Source: an uncultured Chthonomonadaceae bacterium (GTDB taxonomy: Bacteria > Armatimonadota > Chthonomonadetes > Chthonomonadales > CAJBBX01). From it: a DNA stretch of 64,000 bases. The DNA lies in NCBI GenBank assembly GCA_964519955.1, contig CAZFLM010000008.1, positions 4,732 through 68,731 of the forward strand. Reading direction: 5' to 3'. The position numbers were made by a program, and so were the translations under genes. The notes beneath the pieces are model-generated. The model saw nothing but the letters and a program-made list of their open reading frames with translations, was not told the origin of the DNA and did not search any database. Below, in pieces: positions 8,518 through 17,376 of the stretch (its first letter is position 1; each line of letters begins with the position of its first letter).

Positions 8518-10539
8518 CTAGGCGTCCGGCTTGCGGAACATGTCGGCGAAGAACCAGCCGAAGAAGCACGCGAAGATCATGATGTGAGCGAATATGTGCG
8601 TGCCCCAGTCCGGCTGCGCACCTGCCAGCACGATCGGCGGCGTGAACACCATCGGCGACGAGAAGCACTGCACGAAGCTGAAGCCTCGGGCCAGGTCCAT
8701 CGGCAGCCGCAGGAAGATGTACGAGAGCCCGACCGCGATCATCGCCGGGTTGCCGCCGCCTCGCAGAACAGAGAGCACGATGTAGGCGGCCGTGCCAGCG
8801 TACGGACCCAGGATCAGGAACAGCGCGCCGGCGAGGCCAACATCGTCGTCCTCGTCGTACCGGAATCCAACAACACGCAGGAGCGGAAGCGCGAACCCCG
8901 CGCCGAGGTTGATGAGCGCCAGGAAGAGCAGGTACCACGACGGCATCGCGCCGACGAGGAAGTACCCCGCAATGGCGGCCACTGCCAGGCCCGCCGTGTA
9001 GATGAAGACCTGGCGGAACTGGTCGCGCTTCTCCTCGGCCTCCTCGACCTCGATGCTGACCGGCCCGACCTCGGCCTCGCCGGTGTCTGGGTCGTAGTGG
9101 GTCTGCGAGATCGGATCGAAGACCTTATCTGCGTAGTACTTCGACTTCTGCGCCTGGAACTGGCCGAGCTGCGGCGCGCCGGGGTGCCCCGGCTGGGGCT
9201 GTGGCGCTGCCGGCGGAGGCGCCACTGGCGGCGGGTTCACCGGCACACCAGGCGGCGGCGCCACGATGGGGCCGGGCTGCGCCTTGTCGCGCTTGTTCAC
9301 CGGCTGGCGCACCGACTTCTTCTGTCCCTGGTGCGTGATGGTGACCGTACCGGCCTTGCCCGGGTTCATGGGCGGCAGATTCCGCATGTCGCGCCGGCAC
9401 CAACTGCACCTGTCCGCGGTATCGGACTCCATTCCGCACCATCGACACATGTAGCGCCCCGGCGCACGCGGAAGCGTGGTCGTGATGCCGGGCACTGGCT
9501 GCTGCTGCTGGGCCGGCCGGGCAGGGGGCTCTTGCCGCAGGTTGACGCGTCCCTGCTGCGGAACGGCGATCGGCGGCATCGCGTCTTCGTCGTCGGTGGC
9601 CGCGATTGGCGGCAGGTCGATCTGCAGCGGCCCCGAGGGCGCCTGGTGGTCGTCATCGAACTCGCCCAGAGGCACCGCGGTCGGGCGCACGAGCGGCTGT
9701 GGCGTCTGAGCGGTCGGCGCGACGGGCTGCGCGACCGGCCTGGGTGGCGGCGCGGTGGGCGGCTGCACCTGTGGGATGGGCCTCGTCGGAGGCGGCGTGA
9801 ACGCGGGCGGCGGCGTTGCGGCGGGCGCCTGCGGTCTCGCCAGCGGCAGCGGCGTGCCGATCGGCTTCCTGATCGGGATGGCCTGCAGGTCCGGGCGATC
9901 GGGAACGGCAGGCGCACCACCCGTGCCGGGACGCAGCGGCGGCGGCGTGAAGGTGGGCGGTGTGGGCGCGGTCTCCGCAGGCTTGGCTACCGGCGGAGGC
10001 GTGAAGGCGGGCGGCGCAGGCCTGGGCGCCGGCTCGTCCTGCTTGGGGGCAGGCGGCGGCGCGAAGACCGGTGGCGCGGCGGGCCGCGGCGGCGCGTCGG
10101 ACGGCGGCGCCGAAGGCTGCGAGAAGACCGGCGGTTTGGCAGCCTTGGGGGGCGCATCGGACTGCGGAACGAAGATGGGCGAGACCGCGGGCTTCGGCGG
10201 CGCCTCGGCATCCGCTGCTCGCGACGAGGGCGGCGTGAACGCAGGCGGCGCTGGCCGAACTGGGGTTGCCTGAGCAGGCGGCACAGCTTGGCGAGGGGCA
10301 ACGGACTGCGGCGTAGCCGGGCGCGCCGGCCCCGTGAACGGGAACGGGCTCAGGTCGTCGTCGAGGTCGTCGTACGCAGGAACCGCGGCCCCAGGCACAG
10401 TGCCCGCCGGAGTTGCGCTCAACGGCGGTTCCGCGGTTCTGCCTTGGGCCGATGCGTCGGTTGCAGTTGCGAAGGGGCGGCTGCACCAGCTGCAAGCGTC
10501 GCTGGTCTCGCTCTCCAGGCCGCACCATTTACAGAACAT
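8518..10539 (-). CDS. Proline-rich membrane protein with two duplicated zinc-ribbon motifs
   Basis: GAGGAG RBS then ATG at 10539. MFCKWCGLESETSDACSWCSRPF is repeated as CRWCGMESDTADRCSWCRRDM about 340 aa later. About 300 aa of P-rich repeats (PAPPAFTPPP variants). The C-terminal ~170 aa hold 4-5 TM helices. Confidence 0.75.
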   Translation of the reverse strand: MFCKWCGLESETSDACSWCSRPFATATDASAQGRTAEPPLSATPAGTVPGAAVPAYDDLDDDLSPFPFTGPARPATPQSVAPRQAVPPAQATPVRPAPPAFTPPSSRAADAEAPPKPAVSPIFVPQSDAPPKAAKPPVFSQPSAPPSDAPPRPAAPPVFAPPPAPKQDEPAPRPAPPAFTPPPVAKPAETAPTPPTFTPPPLRPGTGGAPAVPDRPDLQAIPIRKPIGTPLPLARPQAPAATPPPAFTPPPTRPIPQVQPPTAPPPRPVAQPVAPTAQTPQPLVRPTAVPLGEFDDDHQAPSGPLQIDLPPIAATDDEDAMPPIAVPQQGRVNLRQEPPARPAQQQQPVPGITTTLPRAPGRYMCRWCGMESDTADRCSWCRRDMRNLPPMNPGKAGTVTITHQGQKKSVRQPVNKRDKAQPGPIVAPPPGVPVNPPPVAPPPAAPQPQPGHPGAPQLGQFQAQKSKYYADKVFDPISQTHYDPDTGEAEVGPVSIEVEEAEEKRDQFRQVFIYTAGLAVAAIAGYFLVGAMPSWYLLFLALINLGAGFALPLLRVVGFRYDEDDDVGLAGALFLILGPYAGTAAYIVLSVLRGGGNPAMIAVGLSYIFLRLPMDLARGFSFVQCFSSPMVFTPPIVLAGAQPDWGTHIFAHIMIFACFFGWFFADMFRKPDA

Positions 10540-11056
10540 TCAGCGTCTCCTCGACTTCGCTCCGCACCGCACCTCTCGAGGCGTCATGGAGAGCCGTTCC
10601 GAGCTCTTCACTACAGAGGAAGACACGCTCCTAATACTTCGCGAGATGATCTCGGAGGCCCGCATCACCCGCTAATTCCGGCCGCGGCGCTTCGCAGAAC
10701 GCAGCAACATGGGCTCCCCTATACCCCGGGGCCACGTCGCCAGCGTTCTGAGGGGGAGAACACTATACCGTCCACGTGCCCAACTCTCCTGCTCGTCATC
10801 TTCGGTGGCGCCACAACGCGCTGCCCGCTTGGCGCCGCCCGAGGCCCGAACCCAACAGTGGAATGGCCGCCGGCGCGCAGATAGAGCAGACCACGCGTGT
10901 ATTATAGCCGCTCAGCCGAGGTGAGTCAACGCATTCCTGCTCGGGTCGCGTCACACCCATCCGCCGCTCCGGGCGCTTCCGCCCCGCCTCGGTTCCATTA
11001 TCGGTCGTTTCGCTCCGCAAGGCTAGCGACGGCTCTGCCCTGCATGATTTGCCAGG

Positions 11057-11085
11057 TTGACCGGTCGCCCCGGTTGTGATACACT
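11057..11085 (+). promoter_or_regulatory. Sigma70-type promoter candidate with extended -10 (TTGACC-17-TGaTACACT)
   Basis: TTGACC at 11057-11062, a 17-nt spacer ending in TGA, and TACACT at 11080-11085. This implies a ~285-nt leader before the ATG at 11378. Confidence 0.45.
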
Positions 11086-11377
11086 ATCCCCTGCCTGTCG
11101 GGAACCGGTGCTCCCGCTGGCTGCAACTCGGCAACGTGAGCGCGGCAGCGGTGAAGCGCGAGGCGGCCCGGACATGCCCGGCTCCTCAGCTCTCTCCGGC
11201 AAGCGTGCGTATCCCCGCGCACGCTTCGGCGCAAGCCTCCCCTGCAACATGGCATCGGCGCGGGCGTTTGCCCGGGCCGCCGATGGGCTGTGCGCCCTCT
11301 GACACGTCCGCCGCAATCGGTATCCCAATGCAGGTACATGGCGACCGGCGCCTGGTAGCGCCGGGGGAGGGGACGCG

Positions 11378-13762
11378 ATGTGGAGGCCTTTGGCCGCACT
11401 TGTTGTAGCACTGGTGCTCTGTACTACATGCGGATGTGGCGGCGGCTCGCTGGGCGGCGGAGGTGGGACGAGCAGCACACGCGTCAAGCTCACCACGTCC
11501 ACGGTGAGCGCGGCCGTCTCGCTGCCCGATGGGTTCAGCCTGGCGCCGTCCTCGCTGCGGGCCGCGACGGCCGCCGGTTCGGCCACCATCGACTCAGCCG
11601 GCGCCTTCACCGCCACGGTGTACGGCGGCGGGCTGCAGTTGTGCACCATCCTCGGCCCGAGCGGCAAGCCGGTCCTGGCCGGCTGGGTGGGCAGCGGCCG
11701 CACGACGGTCGACGCCCGCAGCACAGCAGAGGTGCTGCTCTACTTCGGCGCGGGCGCCTTCGCCCATCGCGGCGACGTGGCACGCTGGAGCATCGACACC
11801 ATCGCGGGACGCTCGGAGGTGGACACCCTCGCCGCCGTCATCGTGACGGCGCTGGCCTCCGACGCCGAGGCCCTCGGCAAGGGCTCCGACACGATCACCG
11901 CCGCCGCCAACGCCGCAGTCGCGTCCATGCAGGCGTCGCGCGCCGCCAAGATCGCCGCACAGACCTCCTCGCGCGCCGCCTCCACCCGCTCCGCCCTCAT
12001 CGACCCCTCGGACACGCGCAGCGGCATCACGCCCGTCCAGGAGTCGATAGACTCGGTGAAGCTGATCAACGCTTACCGTCGACGCGCCTGGGCGTACTTC
12101 GACCGGGTGTCGTACGTGCCCGCGTCGGGGGGTGAGGCCGTCTCGTCGCCGGCGGCTGTCACCAACTTCCAGGTGGCGCCTGTCGCCGGGGCCGCCGGGC
12201 TCATCGGCACGTTCGTCGACATCATGTACGGCAACTATGCGTACTCGCAGATCGAAACGGACGCCGTGAGCCTTCCCCTGACGCCCACCGATGCGCAGAA
12301 GACGACTTACCGCCTCACCGTGGTCGGCCCGGGCGCGTCGGCAGGCGACGAGGCCAGTCTGACCGCAGAGCAGATCAAGGGGCGCAACTGGGTCATCGGC
12401 AAGTCGCTTGTCCTCGACTTCGCGGTGCCCCTCTTCATGAACTGCATCATGCCCCACAAGAGCAACGAGATCGACAACTATCTCGATCAGGTACAGGGTA
12501 GCGCGTTCCTCAGCGACTTCATCAACCTGCTCTCGACGACGTGCCCGAGCGTCTGGACGAAGGCCGAGTCGGGCGACATGGCCGGCGCCGCATGGGACGT
12601 GGTCAACGCGATCCTCACCAGCAATGCGCTCAAGCTCATCTTCCTCGACCTGGTCCGCTCCGGTTTCGAGAACATCGCCGACGCGAACCAGTTCTGGGAC
12701 TACGCCGAGAGCTTCATGAACGTGCTGGGCCTCGGCGACTTCATCCTGACGGCGTTCGACAGCGCGGTGCAGGTGACCCAGGCGGGCCTCAGTAACCGGG
12801 CGGACGTATGGACCATCACCGTGAACGGCTCGAAGGTGAAGCTGACGCCGGTCAAATCGTCCATCACGTCCGACGACACGGTCAGCCTCCACGCTGCCGT
12901 GCCGGACACCACGGGATCGGGCGATTCGACGGTCCTTGCGTACCACTGGAAGAACACCGGCACTGTCGGCGGGCTCAGCGACGGCCTGCACACCAGCAAC
13001 GAGTTCGACAGCAGCGTCGCGGATGTCACGTTCACTCCGACCGGCAGCGCGGGCACCGACACCGTGACCGTGGAGGCGTTCGTCAAGCAGGGCGGCACTA
13101 CGACCTCGCTCGGCACCGCGACCGCCACCGTGACGGTGCAGAGCAAGAGCAGCGGGCCGGTCCTCTACCCGAGGAAGGTGTCCATCCTGCCCAGCGGCAC
13201 CCAGACCTTCGAGGCCAGGCTCGACACCAGCTCCGTCGACGGCGAGGTGACGTACGTGTGGACCACGCCCGGCACCTATGGCATGCTGAGCGGCGGCGCG
13301 ACCACACTGCAGACGACAGCCAGCACGATGACCTATCAGGCGAAGGTGGGCGTCGAGGGGTCGGACTCGATCCGGGTAGAGGCGTTTGTCACCAAGAACG
13401 GCACGCGCACCTCGCTCGGCGCCGCAACCTCGCGCATCGCCGTCGAGAAGCGACGCACCGTCATCATGGGGCGCTGGGAGGTGCTCCTCTACCAGAACAA
13501 CGGAACGCCCTGGGTTGGCGTGTTCATCGTCATCCCGAAGGTCGATGGCGCCGAGCGCTACAATGTCCACTGCTACGGGTTCAACGACTTCGCCTGGTAC
13601 GGCACGTCGCTGGATCTCAGCAAGCCGTCCTCGTTCAGCGACGAGCGGGACTCCGAGTACTGGCAGGGCATCACCGGCGGCGGCGACACCGGCGCATACC
13701 CTTGGTACCAGGCGCGCTTCGCCGGGATGGTGGTCGAGGTGACTGTGACGTACGCCAACTGA
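11378..13762 (+). CDS. Large lipoprotein of unknown function with Ig-like repeats
   Basis: MWRPLAALVVALVLCTTCGCGGG has a signal peptide and lipobox-like Cys, with GGGGGAGGGG upstream. Repeated modules: VTFTPTGSAGTDTVTVEAFVKQGGTTTSLGTATATVTVQ versus MTYQAKVGVEGSDSIRVEAFVTKNGTRTSLGAATSRIAVE. Confidence 0.8.
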   Translation: MWRPLAALVVALVLCTTCGCGGGSLGGGGGTSSTRVKLTTSTVSAAVSLPDGFSLAPSSLRAATAAGSATIDSAGAFTATVYGGGLQLCTILGPSGKPVLAGWVGSGRTTVDARSTAEVLLYFGAGAFAHRGDVARWSIDTIAGRSEVDTLAAVIVTALASDAEALGKGSDTITAAANAAVASMQASRAAKIAAQTSSRAASTRSALIDPSDTRSGITPVQESIDSVKLINAYRRRAWAYFDRVSYVPASGGEAVSSPAAVTNFQVAPVAGAAGLIGTFVDIMYGNYAYSQIETDAVSLPLTPTDAQKTTYRLTVVGPGASAGDEASLTAEQIKGRNWVIGKSLVLDFAVPLFMNCIMPHKSNEIDNYLDQVQGSAFLSDFINLLSTTCPSVWTKAESGDMAGAAWDVVNAILTSNALKLIFLDLVRSGFENIADANQFWDYAESFMNVLGLGDFILTAFDSAVQVTQAGLSNRADVWTITVNGSKVKLTPVKSSITSDDTVSLHAAVPDTTGSGDSTVLAYHWKNTGTVGGLSDGLHTSNEFDSSVADVTFTPTGSAGTDTVTVEAFVKQGGTTTSLGTATATVTVQSKSSGPVLYPRKVSILPSGTQTFEARLDTSSVDGEVTYVWTTPGTYGMLSGGATTLQTTASTMTYQAKVGVEGSDSIRVEAFVTKNGTRTSLGAATSRIAVEKRRTVIMGRWEVLLYQNNGTPWVGVFIVIPKVDGAERYNVHCYGFNDFAWYGTSLDLSKPSSFSDERDSEYWQGITGGGDTGAYPWYQARFAGMVVEVTVTYAN

Positions 13763-13769
13763 GTCCGTC

Positions 13770-13801
13770 GCCCGGGGGCGTGGGAGACCGCGCCCCCGGG
13801 C
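13770..13801. terminator. Bidirectional hairpin between convergent genes
   Basis: GCCCGGGGGCG-(10 nt)-CGCCCCCGGGC is an 11-bp stem lying between the stops at 13762 (+) and 13804 (-). Confidence 0.55.
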
Positions 13802-13803
13802 AC

Positions 13804-14562
13804 CTAACTGTTCGGCCCTACCTCGCCGTCCGCCGCGCGCAGCAGGTTCGCCTCGCCATCCTCCGCGGGCCGCAGCAGCACCTCCGCGCCGGGCTCCGCA
13901 GGACGCAGCAGCGTTGCCCCCGCAGCCTCCGTCGCCATGCGCTCCTCGATGGCGGCGATGGCTTCCTCGGCGGCGCGGCGGATATCGTCGACCCAGCCCT
14001 CATCGTTCCCGGCGATGCCGGCGAGCGCAGGCAGGTCACTCCGGTCGCCGACATGCGCCAGTGCGGTGAGCGCGGCCATCACCAGCTCGGCGGGCGCGTC
14101 GTCCTGCCCGGCGGCCGACGGGAGGAGCCTCTGGATGGGCGTGGCGTTGCGCCGGCACAGCAGGGGAGCGTCCTCGGGGCGCACGCGCTGCAGGAGATCG
14201 GCCAGCAGCGGCGCGATCTCGGCGGTGTAGGGCCCCCAGCCGAAGCCGACGCCGCGCTGGTTCATCAGAAGGGGGATAGCCCGCACGTCGCCTGCCCGCG
14301 CGAGTGCGAGGATGGCCTCGCGGTAGGCCTGGCGGTGCGCCTTCAGGCGGCGGATGGCCGTGCGGCCGATGAACCACCCCGCCAAGGCGCCGAGGACAGC
14401 GAAGACGGCGGCCTTGAGCAGCGAGCGGCCGTCCAGAATCGGGGTGACACCCGCCACGATGGCCAGGGTGACGACCGTCGTGATGGCCGAAACCGAGCGC
14501 TGATAGGCAGTCTGCCCGCGCACCACGTCAGCTCTGAGTTGCTCCAGTACCTCCTCGCTCAC
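13804..14562 (-). CDS. LLRP-tail paralog 1: 2-TM, HEAT-like repeat protein with a triple LLRP C-terminal tail
   Basis: GTG at 14562 (VSEEVLEQL...) aligns with MSEEP of paralog 3 and has the same upstream GAGGTG. Two hydrophobic helices. ALTALAHVGDRSDLPALAGIAG is a HEAT-like repeat. Tail: ATLLRPAEPGAEVLLRPAEDGEANLLRAA. Confidence 0.8.
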   Translation of the reverse strand: MSEEVLEQLRADVVRGQTAYQRSVSAITTVVTLAIVAGVTPILDGRSLLKAAVFAVLGALAGWFIGRTAIRRLKAHRQAYREAILALARAGDVRAIPLLMNQRGVGFGWGPYTAEIAPLLADLLQRVRPEDAPLLCRRNATPIQRLLPSAAGQDDAPAELVMAALTALAHVGDRSDLPALAGIAGNDEGWVDDIRRAAEEAIAAIEERMATEAAGATLLRPAEPGAEVLLRPAEDGEANLLRAADGEVGPNS

Positions 14563-14627
14563 CCGCGCACCTCGTTCCGCTGTTGCTCTTCGCCCGAGGC
14601 CGCACGCAGCGCCGAGGCGCCGGCGGC
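14559..14627 (-). pseudogene. Relic of the C-terminus of a further LLRP-tail paralog (truncated by the mazEF cassette)
   Basis: Translates AAGASALRAASGEEQQRNEVRG*, matching the tail EAYLLRAAESEEEQRNEVRG* of the copy ending at 16867. Its TGA overlaps the GTG of paralog 1 (GTGA), as at the intact junctions. Confidence 0.6.
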
Positions 14628-14633
14628 TTACCA

Positions 14634-15020
14634 CTAGGATGGGTTGCCTTCACCGCCTGGGGCAGGCGGGCTGGTCAGACCTAGTGTGTGCGCCAACGCC
14701 TCGTCCACGGTGCTCATCGCCGGCCAGTCGCCGATCAACCTGTCGACCTCGCTGTCGAGGATGGTCGCGATGTTGTCGGTCATGATGACGGAGTCGGTGA
14801 GTAGCCCGCTCTGTTGTCCGGCCGATGAGCGCAGCGCCACCGTCACGCGGCTTCGGTGTCCTGCCCGCGCCATGTTGCTGGTGATCATGGCGACCACCGA
14901 TTGCGGAAGTCCCGTTCCCAGGTCGTCTGCGTGCACGACGAGTGCTGGCCGGCGCTTGGCGGTTCTCAGGTCGCTGTTCGGGAAGAGGACCAGGACGATC
15001 TCGCCCCGCCTACAGGGCAT
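14634..15020 (-). CDS. mazF: Type II toxin, MazF/PemK family endoribonuclease
   Basis: MPCRRGEIVLVLFPNSDLRTAKRRPALVV...VVAMITSN is the typical PemK signature. Its start overlaps the antitoxin stop by 11 nt. Confidence 0.85.
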   Translation of the reverse strand: MPCRRGEIVLVLFPNSDLRTAKRRPALVVHADDLGTGLPQSVVAMITSNMARAGHRSRVTVALRSSAGQQSGLLTDSVIMTDNIATILDSEVDRLIGDWPAMSTVDEALAHTLGLTSPPAPGGEGNPS

Positions 15021-15252
15021 CGTAGACGTCCATGTCCGGGCGGCTCCAGTCACCCGCGAATGCGCTCAGGCGGCCTCGCAGGTCTGCGGCCTGTTCCGGT
15101 CCGATCCCTCGCGCGGCGAGGTCGGTCTCTGCGGCGGAGTCGGCGGTGTCCAGGAGCTGAAGCAGGAACTCGGCGGGCCCGATGCCGCACCTCGTGGCAG
15201 CTCGCCGCAGGCGGGCCTCTTGCTGCGGTGACAGCTCCAGACGCAGTGTCAT
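15010..15252 (-). CDS. Cognate antitoxin (MazE-like position)
   Basis: 81 aa starting MTLRLELSPQQEARLRRAA. A perfect AGGAGG RBS lies 7 nt upstream of the ATG at 15252. It sits immediately upstream of, and overlaps, the toxin gene. Confidence 0.7.
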   Translation of the reverse strand: MTLRLELSPQQEARLRRAATRCGIGPAEFLLQLLDTADSAAETDLAARGIGPEQAADLRGRLSAFAGDWSRPDMDVYDAL

Positions 15253-15273
15253 TGTAGCTACCTCCTGTATTGC

Positions 15274-15302
15274 AGTATACGGCCCGCTCGTGCCCATGTC
15301 AA
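15274..15302 (-). promoter_or_regulatory. Consensus sigma70 promoter of the TA cassette (TTGACA-17-TATACT on the minus strand)
   Basis: On the minus strand: TTGACA (15302-15297), a 17-nt spacer, TATACT (15279-15274), then AGGAGG and the ATG at 15252. Confidence 0.6.
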
Positions 15303-15320
15303 CCGGGGCCTATATGGTGC

Positions 15321-16085
15321 TCACCCGCTCCGATCCGCATCTTCCGCCGCGCGCAGCAGGTTCGCCTCGCCGTCCTCGGCCGGGCGCAGCAGTACCTCCG
15401 CGCCTGGCTCGGCGGGGCGCAGCAGCGTGGCGCCCGCCGCCTCCTGCGCGAGGCGCTCCTCGATGGCGGCGATGGCGTCCTCGGCGGCAGCTCGCAGAAG
15501 TTGGACGGGCTGCGCGTTCGAGTCACAGGCGGCGAGTTGACGCAGCCGTGCCAGGTCCTGCCCGTCGCCTGTGCGCTCCAGCGCCGCGATGGCAGCGAGC
15601 GCCAGTTCCTTCGTCTCCTCCCGGATCGGCAGCGCATTGGGGCGGAATGGGAGAAGCGAGCTGATAGGCCGGCGGAACCGGAGCTGTGTGGACTGGGTTG
15701 GGTCGTCCGCAAGCTTCGTCAGCAGTCCTATCAGTCGCCTCCGCGCCTGGCTCGCGTTGTCGCCCATTGCGTCGATGTAGTATTCGATCAGCCGTGGCAG
15801 TGCCCTCACGTCGCCGAGATCGGCCGCCGAGAACAGGGCGGCGCGAAGGCGCCCGCTGCGCCGGGTCCCGTCCGCGATGCACAGTATCTGGACGCACATC
15901 GGTGGCGCCACATAGAGCATGGCCTGGAGCATGCCCCGCGCTACCGTGCTCGCCGGACAGCGAATGGCGACCGCAAACCCGATCGCGTACCCTGAGAGCG
16001 ATAGCACCCACAGCGCGATCCGGCGAGTCCGGGAAGCCCGCTTGGCTGTGTCTATCAGCGCGTCCGGGTTGCGAGTGGCGTTCAT
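15321..16085 (-). CDS. LLRP-tail paralog 2
   Basis: 254 aa. Two TM helices (IALWVLSLSGYAIGFAVAI; MLQAMLYVAPPMCVQILCIA). HEAT-like AIAALERTGDGQDLARLRQLAA. Tail ATLLRPAEPGAEVLLRPAEDGEANLLRAA. ATGA overlap with the upstream paralog. Confidence 0.8.
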   Translation of the reverse strand: MNATRNPDALIDTAKRASRTRRIALWVLSLSGYAIGFAVAIRCPASTVARGMLQAMLYVAPPMCVQILCIADGTRRSGRLRAALFSAADLGDVRALPRLIEYYIDAMGDNASQARRRLIGLLTKLADDPTQSTQLRFRRPISSLLPFRPNALPIREETKELALAAIAALERTGDGQDLARLRQLAACDSNAQPVQLLRAAAEDAIAAIEERLAQEAAGATLLRPAEPGAEVLLRPAEDGEANLLRAAEDADRSG

Positions 16086-16870
16086 GTGCGCGCCTCACGT
16101 CCCTGATCTTCCGACGCGCGCAGCAGGTTCGCCTCGCCGTCCTCGTCCGGACGCAGCAGCGTCTCCGCGCCAGGCTCAGCGGGTCGCAGCAGCGTGGATC
16201 TCGCGGCTTCCTGCGCCAGGCGGGCCTCGATAGCGGCGGCGGCTTCCGTGGCGGCGCGGCGGATCGGGATGCCCCAGTCCGCGGTCTGGCTCGGAACCGC
16301 CAGCGCCTCGATCCTGTAGAGGTCCCCGCGGCCGCCGATGTGCTTCAGGGCGCTGAGGGCGGCGAGCACGAACGCGGACCGGTCGGCGATGTCGGAAGGC
16401 GCGGTCTCCCCGATCGGGAGCCGCGAACTGATCCTGGCCGCCCACTCAGGGCCCTCCATGCGGGGCGAGCCCGGGCGCACGCGCGGCAGCAGAGCGGTGA
16501 GCAGCTCGTCGACGAGTTGCCGGTCCATGGCGGGGATCAGGCCGGTGCCCGATAGCAGGAGTGGGCGGATGCACCGCACCTCACCACCCCTCGCGGCTCG
16601 CTCGATGGCCTGTGCAAGCCGGCGCCGATGCGCCGCGGCGCCCCCTCGGTTCCGCAGGCGGTACCGTATGCCCCCCGCGAGCACCACCGCAGTCAGTACC
16701 GCCAATAACCGGGTGTCGGACAGGTGCAGCGCAGCGCAGGAGATGAACGCGAACAACGCGATGTTCCCGGTTGTGCTGGCGTCCTTCTGGCATGCGGCGC
16801 ATGCGCGCAGTTGGCGCTGCACCTCCTCCCACAGTGCGTCTCTCTCGGCTCGCGCCGGCTCCTCGCTCAT
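16082..16870 (-). CDS. LLRP-tail paralog 3
   Basis: ATG at 16870 (MSEEPARAERDALWEE...). The upstream 119 codons of the track ORF overlap paralog 4 out of frame. Tail STLLRPAEPGAETLLRPDEDGEANLLRAS. ATGA overlaps at both ends. Confidence 0.8.
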   Translation of the reverse strand: MSEEPARAERDALWEEVQRQLRACAACQKDASTTGNIALFAFISCAALHLSDTRLLAVLTAVVLAGGIRYRLRNRGGAAAHRRRLAQAIERAARGGEVRCIRPLLLSGTGLIPAMDRQLVDELLTALLPRVRPGSPRMEGPEWAARISSRLPIGETAPSDIADRSAFVLAALSALKHIGGRGDLYRIEALAVPSQTADWGIPIRRAATEAAAAIEARLAQEAARSTLLRPAEPGAETLLRPDEDGEANLLRASEDQGREART

Positions 16871-17367
16871 CCGCGCACCTCGTTCCGCTGTTCCTCCTCG
16901 GACTCCGCCGCGCGCAGCAGGTACGCCTCGCCGTCTTCCGCCGGGCGCAGCAGGACCTCCGCGCCGGGCTCCGCGGGCCGGAGCAGCGTGGCGCCCGCGG
17001 CCTCTTGCGCCAGGCGCTCCTCGATGGCGACGATCGCTTCCTCGGCAGCGCGGCGGACCGGGGTGCCCGCGCCCGCGTACTCCTCCTCCTCGGCGAGCAA
17101 GCGGATGCGCGGCAGGTCGCGTGCTCCGCCGACGTGCTTCAGGGCAGACAGGGCGGCGAGGACGAGGGGCTCGTCGGCAGCAGGAGGGCGGGATGCTGGC
17201 CCGCTCGGCAAGAGGCGGGCGATCCAACTCGTCCCGCGCGCATCCAGAGCGGTGCGATGCTCGGGACGCACCGTCGCGAGTAGGTCGATGAGCAGCGCTC
17301 GCCCCTCGGGAGCGTCGGCTCCAAGTCGAGACCCGAGCTGGTAAGCAAGGTGCGGGATCATCGACAC
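16867..17367 (-). CDS. LLRP-tail paralog 4, C-terminal (HEAT-like + tail) half of a split copy
   Basis: 166 aa with no TM segment. ALSALKHVGGARDLPRIRLLAE plus tail ATLLRPAEPGAEVLLRPAEDGEAYLLRAA. It starts 10 nt after the stop of the ORF 17377-17676, which supplies the missing 2-TM part. Confidence 0.7.
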   Translation of the reverse strand: MSMIPHLAYQLGSRLGADAPEGRALLIDLLATVRPEHRTALDARGTSWIARLLPSGPASRPPAADEPLVLAALSALKHVGGARDLPRIRLLAEEEEYAGAGTPVRRAAEEAIVAIEERLAQEAAGATLLRPAEPGAEVLLRPAEDGEAYLLRAAESEEEQRNEVRG

Positions 17368-17376
17368 ATAACCACG

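Noticed and set aside
10586-10675. 29-aa ORF (MESRSELFTTEEDTLLILREMISEARITR) in the 840-nt lower-GC intergenic region
   Set aside because: It is too short, has no convincing RBS, and I have no way to test conservation. It is noted only because its local composition looks coding-like.
8584-10884. 766-aa plus-strand ORF antisense to the Pro-rich zinc-ribbon gene
   Set aside because: Its extreme Arg/Gly composition (RRRRRGGR runs) is the mirror of the Pro-rich coding strand. There is no RBS and no motif.
11092-11377. Cobalamin riboswitch in the lipoprotein leader (GGGAACCGGTGCTCCCGCTGGCTGCAACTCGG resembles part of the B12 aptamer core)
   Set aside because: No recognisable B12 box (GCCACTG-like) or the other conserved junction sequences are present. 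The downstream gene is not a cobalamin or cobalt function. The resemblance is limited to a short GC-rich stretch.
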